64,000 nucleotides of DNA from contig CAYPMW010000002.1 in NCBI GenBank assembly GCA_964412165.1, positions 1,324 through 65,323 of the forward strand, written 5' to 3'. Below, in pieces: positions 60,118 through 64,000 of the stretch (position 1 is its first letter; every line of letters starts with the position of its first letter). The notes beneath the pieces are model-generated. The model saw only the letters and a list, made by a program, of their open reading frames with translations, had not been told where the DNA came from and searched no databases. The position numbers and the translations under genes are program-made. This DNA comes from an uncultured Gammaproteobacteria bacterium. GTDB lineage: Bacteria; Patescibacteriota; Microgenomatia; UBA10105.

Positions 60118-61248
60118 TTATGGTATCGCTTTACAAGCATTTGTATAAATTTCACTTAACTTTGGGTTACAGACTGCAAGTGAAAAAGTTTGGTCAAAAT
60201 AGGCTTTGGCGCCCTGACCAAGCATTTTGCGTTTCGTGGGACTTTTTATTAACATTACTATCGCTTTCATCAACGCATTGACGTCATCGGCCCTAACAAT
60301 CACACCCGCTTTACCGTGGTTCACTAACTCAGGCAACGCACATATATCGCTCACAACCACACACAAACCGTGCGATAAAGCTTCTGGTACCACCATACCA
60401 AACCCCTCTACCATCGGAGGTACATGGACAAAAATATCCGTTTGTGCGAAAAACTCTTTATGCAATCTGTCATGTGTCACAAAGATATGATGTTCAATCG
60501 CAGGATCATTAATTTGAATATCATTTGGTAATTCACCAATCATGATTAATTTAAGATTCGGATACTGAGATTTAAGTCGAGCAAATGCTTCAAGAAGAAG
60601 ATGTCCCCCTTTTCGTTTAAACCATACACCCGCGAACAAGATGGTTATGCGGTGTTTGTTTTTCCGCGGTTTAATGTATTGTTTTACCAATCCAGGGTAT
60701 AATACCATGAGCTTCTCCCCCGGTTGTCCTAAACGTTTATGCCATAAGCGGGCAAACTCCGAAAATAAAATCACTTGCTTGGCTTTATATGGTAAGAGTT
60801 CTGGATCGTAAATTGAAAAGCGTTTGTGTAGCAATTTGCGAATTCTATAGTGAATTTTGATGCGCTTCTCACTCCACCCAAAATAATCTCTCAAAGTCAA
60901 ATAGCTACTTGAACTACTTCCTAATACTACCGGCGGATGTTCATTTCCCTCAATTTTCAAATTGTAGCTATGACAATGTATCAAATCAAACCTTTTTTTA
61001 AGTTGAATACATTGGTAACCTGCATCGGGAGGTAAAATTCGCAAACGCATCAAATTGGATAGTGATGTTTGCCAACGTGTGTATTGAATTTCTCCTCTCT
61101 CTAGTGCCTCTTGAAAATGAGTGTACTTTACACCTCTCGGCGGATGATTTAATAAAGAAAGAGTGTAAGTATTTTCACCTCCCATCAATAGTTTTAACTG
61201 ACTTGGTTTCTCAGGATCAAGAGGACTTATGAGTAACACATTACGCAT
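60118..61248 (-). CDS. GT4 glycosyltransferase
   Basis: RKGG, EGFGMVVPEA. Confidence 0.92.
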   Translation of the reverse strand: MRNVLLISPLDPEKPSQLKLLMGGENTYTLSLLNHPPRGVKYTHFQEALERGEIQYTRWQTSLSNLMRLRILPPDAGYQCIQLKKRFDLIHCHSYNLKIEGNEHPPVVLGSSSSSYLTLRDYFGWSEKRIKIHYRIRKLLHKRFSIYDPELLPYKAKQVILFSEFARLWHKRLGQPGEKLMVLYPGLVKQYIKPRKNKHRITILFAGVWFKRKGGHLLLEAFARLKSQYPNLKLIMIGELPNDIQINDPAIEHHIFVTHDRLHKEFFAQTDIFVHVPPMVEGFGMVVPEALSHGLCVVVSDICALPELVNHGKAGVIVRADDVNALMKAIVMLIKSPTKRKMLGQGAKAYFDQTFSLAVCNPKLSEIYTNACKAIP

Positions 61249-61287
61249 AATACTTTAACTCTATGTGTAACTGATTATAATAAACAC

Positions 61288-62097
61288 ATGAAAAAACCGT
61301 TGGTTTCAATTATTATCGCAACTAAAAACGAATCGCAAACATTACCCAGGTTATTACAAAGTATTTCTAAACAAACATACCATAATTTTGAAATTATTGT
61401 GGTCGATAATCATTCTTCAGACAGAACTCAAAAAATTGCGAGAGAGTATACGCAAAAAGTCTACATACATGGTAATGAACGGAGTAGCCAAAGAAACTTT
61501 GGAGCACTACGTGCGAAAGGCAACTATCTATTATTTCTCGATGCAGATATGGAGCTGACATCGCGTCTTCTTTCCGATTGCATCAAGAATATTTACCGGA
61601 CTAACGCTGCGGGAATGATCATACCGGAAGTTGTATTAATCACCAATTTCTTTTCAAAAATTAAACATTTAGAAAAAGAAATATATCTTGGTGAAGTAAC
61701 AATTGAAGCACCTCGATTTATCACAAAAAAGTTTTTTTTGAATATTGGGGGGTTTAACAACAATTTAATTGCTGGTGAAGATTGGGATCTGGCGAACCGC
61801 TTAAAAAATAAAGGACAATTGTCAAGGGTAACATCACCTTTATATCATCATGAAGTATCTTTAATAAAAGAAATAACTAAAAAATATTATTACGCCAAAC
61901 ACATCCAAAAATATGCTCATTTACATCAAGAGAGTTTTTCACGCCAAAGCGGTCTTTCAAGACTCAGATTATTTTGGCGAAAACGAACTTTACTATTTAA
62001 AAATCCCATTACCGGCTTAGGACTGCTAGCTTTAAAAGCTGTAGAATACTTCCTATATATAATTGTCCGATACGTAACGCGACTACGCCCGGTTTGA
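61288..62097 (+). CDS. GT2 glycosyltransferase
   Basis: VVDNHSSD, FLDAD, GEDWD. Confidence 0.93.
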   Translation: MKKPLVSIIIATKNESQTLPRLLQSISKQTYHNFEIIVVDNHSSDRTQKIAREYTQKVYIHGNERSSQRNFGALRAKGNYLLFLDADMELTSRLLSDCIKNIYRTNAAGMIIPEVVLITNFFSKIKHLEKEIYLGEVTIEAPRFITKKFFLNIGGFNNNLIAGEDWDLANRLKNKGQLSRVTSPLYHHEVSLIKEITKKYYYAKHIQKYAHLHQESFSRQSGLSRLRLFWRKRTLLFKNPITGLGLLALKAVEYFLYIIVRYVTRLRPV

Positions 62098-62948
62098 ATA
62101 TGATAAAAGTGAGCATTATTTTTCCCAATTTAAATTGCGAGTTGCCAATATTACAATCCATGTTACGCTCCTCACTGTCACAGAAATCCATAAAAGTAGA
62201 AATAATTCTGGTGGATAACGGGTCGTCCCCAAAACACGTGCAGATAATTAAAAGAAAATTTCCCCAAATAAAGATTATCGGTTTACCTAAAAATGTTGGT
62301 TATGCCAAAGCAGTAAACTTAGGAGCCATGAACGCTACAGGCAAAAATCTTTTTTTTACTAATAATGATTGTAAGTTAGCTTCAAACTGTTTAAATAATC
62401 TGGTTATGTATCTGAAAACCAATCCTCAAGTAGTTATTGTTGGTCCAGTGTCTTATAAAGATCAACAGATGTTGCAAATTGACAGTGCAATACAAAAAAT
62501 TTCCCTCACTAGTGGACTTATAAAAACTCATCCCTCTACCAACCCAAGTGTTTCCGATTGGATATCTGGATCAGGTTTGATGATAAGCAAAAAGAATTTT
62601 ATAAAACTAGGAGGATTTGATGAAAGGTTTTTCTTTTACTATGAAGATGTAGACCTGTGTTTGAGGGCCCAAAAATTGGGTAAAGTGATATGTTTACCCT
62701 CGGCAATAATGTATCACGAGCGAGGAAGTACAGCATTTAGTATACATAAAAGAGATCAAAGCCTTTACTATCTCCACAAGGCTAAACAACAGCTTGTCTT
62801 AAAACACGGCACCATAGTTCAAATTTTTGTAAATATTTTTTTACAATTAGTAGTCTTTAATCTCTACCACCTTTTAATACTTAGGGATCACAGCATCCTT
62901 CCTATGATCAAAGCCACGCTTGATAATATATACTGTAAAGAAAAATAA
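62094..62948 (+). CDS. GT2 glycosyltransferase (rhamnosyltransferase-like)
   Basis: VDNGS, NND, GGFDERFFFYYEDVDLC. Confidence 0.9.
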   Translation: MNMIKVSIIFPNLNCELPILQSMLRSSLSQKSIKVEIILVDNGSSPKHVQIIKRKFPQIKIIGLPKNVGYAKAVNLGAMNATGKNLFFTNNDCKLASNCLNNLVMYLKTNPQVVIVGPVSYKDQQMLQIDSAIQKISLTSGLIKTHPSTNPSVSDWISGSGLMISKKNFIKLGGFDERFFFYYEDVDLCLRAQKLGKVICLPSAIMYHERGSTAFSIHKRDQSLYYLHKAKQQLVLKHGTIVQIFVNIFLQLVVFNLYHLLILRDHSILPMIKATLDNIYCKEK

Positions 62949-62955
62949 TTTGTCT

Positions 62956-63603
62956 CTACTTCAGTTTTTTGTAGGCGATACATTGATAAGACAATCTCGG
63001 AAAAAAACTGACAATAGGTTCTGACAGAAAAGAAAGTGTAGCCCACATGAACCAAGGTTTATATTTTATGGAAGCGAATTCTCCACGTAAATATTTTATT
63101 CCTCGTATTCCAAGTACGTGATAATTTAATGTATAGAATTCATCTACCTTCCAACCTGATTTATGTCTTTGATACGGATTGCCATGATACGGATTTTGAC
63201 AGTAGAATCCATTTGGAGTCATCAAAATCACAATCCGTCTGGCTATTTTTTCCATACTCTGGATTAACTTTACTGCCTCATTTTTCGATAAATGCTCAAT
63301 GACATCTAGCGCAATTACTCCGTCAAAATTAGCCGGTGGATACAATTTATCCAGAGATCTAATATCTGCAATTTTATATTCATCATGAATCATCTTGTTC
63401 CTACTTATGGTAATACTGGGGGCATATATATCCACACCAGTGCTAGCAAATTTTTTAGGTATATATGTCAGTGGAGATTGGGTCCCACACCCTACATCTA
63501 ATACTGATGAACAATCCCCCAATAGGCGTGTTAAAACTGTAATATAAAACCAATCTTTATATTTTTGAATCAAACTCATACATCTTTCTAAATGCATTAT
63601 CAA
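62956..63603 (-). CDS. Class I SAM methyltransferase
   Basis: VLDVGCG, LDVIEHL, TPNG. Confidence 0.9.
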   Translation of the reverse strand: MIMHLERCMSLIQKYKDWFYITVLTRLLGDCSSVLDVGCGTQSPLTYIPKKFASTGVDIYAPSITISRNKMIHDEYKIADIRSLDKLYPPANFDGVIALDVIEHLSKNEAVKLIQSMEKIARRIVILMTPNGFYCQNPYHGNPYQRHKSGWKVDEFYTLNYHVLGIRGIKYLRGEFASIKYKPWFMWATLSFLSEPIVSFFPRLSYQCIAYKKLK

Positions 63604-64000
63604 ATTCTTTTTCCCATGTATTTTCTTTGGCTACACCAATTGCTTTTTTTCTTAAATTTAAAAACAAAGACTTACTTGAAAATATCTTCATCACGGCCTT
63701 TGCTACCGATTCAGGACTATCATTAATAAGTACTGCTGCCCCCTGCGCAACGATCTCCATTCCTAATGGAGGTACATCTGTAGTTATCACAGGTAAACCA
63801 GCGGCTAAATAAGTTCTTATTTTAGTCGAATCACCGTAAAAACGTTTTGACCCAGGAATTTGACGATATGGTGCCAATGCTATGGCATATTTTCTTATGG
63901 CTTGTGAAATATCATCGCGATTGGCTATAAATCCATGAAAAACGACATATTTTTTCAATTTGAGTCTCACCGTAAATTTTTTTAATTGGTTTAGATCTTC
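63557..64000 (-). CDS. GT4 glycosyltransferase, C-terminal part (start outside window)
   Basis: TKIRTYLAAGLPVITT. Confidence 0.85.
   Translation of the reverse strand, partial: EDLNQLKKFTVRLKLKKYVVFHGFIANRDDISQAIRKYAIALAPYRQIPGSKRFYGDSTKIRTYLAAGLPVITTDVPPLGMEIVAQGAAVLINDSPESVAKAVMKIFSSKSLFLNLRKKAIGVAKENTWEKEFDNAFRKMYEFDSKI

Noticed and set aside
1-64000. UGA recoding (code 25)
   Set aside because: TGA ends genes at coupled ATGA overlaps (e.g. 20510-20513) and conserved genes are intact under the standard code.
1-64000. CRISPR-Cas, DGR or retron, prophage, intact transposase, defence systems
   Set aside because: No array, reverse transcriptase, integrase, structural phage gene or transposase motif seen.

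Overview
Bacterial chromosome segment (standard code; TGA is used as a stop). The gene set and style (Cys-rich and S/P/T-rich membrane-anchored orphans, leaderless-type promoters, short palindromic repeats, a giant surface protein) point to Patescibacteria/CPR, probably Microgenomates (inference). Left end: probable rRNA leader on the minus strand (boxA-like), preceded by a promoter and a terminator/antiterminator. Then core genes (trmH-like, topA, dprA, mrdA, mreB, def, fmt, rpmB, site-2 protease, pgi/pmi, cyclophilin), a promoter-driven ~195-nt rod-like ncRNA candidate, tRNA-Thr and a two-component system. About 31.7-49.3 kb is a partly decayed copper/redox island (MarR, BlaI/BlaR-like pair, multicopper oxidase, CopA, CopZ, CsoR-like, CcdA) with several internally deleted genes. 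Right end: a 1688-aa surface protein, tRNA-Tyr, a PAS kinase and a glycosyltransferase cluster. Strongest leads: (1) a ~110-130-nt structured leader present twice in the island, with compensatory base changes; (2) several families of palindromic or heptamer repeats sitting in-frame inside proteins, three of them in CopA; (3) a ~100-bp MITE-like element in three copies, one with its internal hairpin swapped. All calls come from reading motifs by eye; no searches or folding programs were run.
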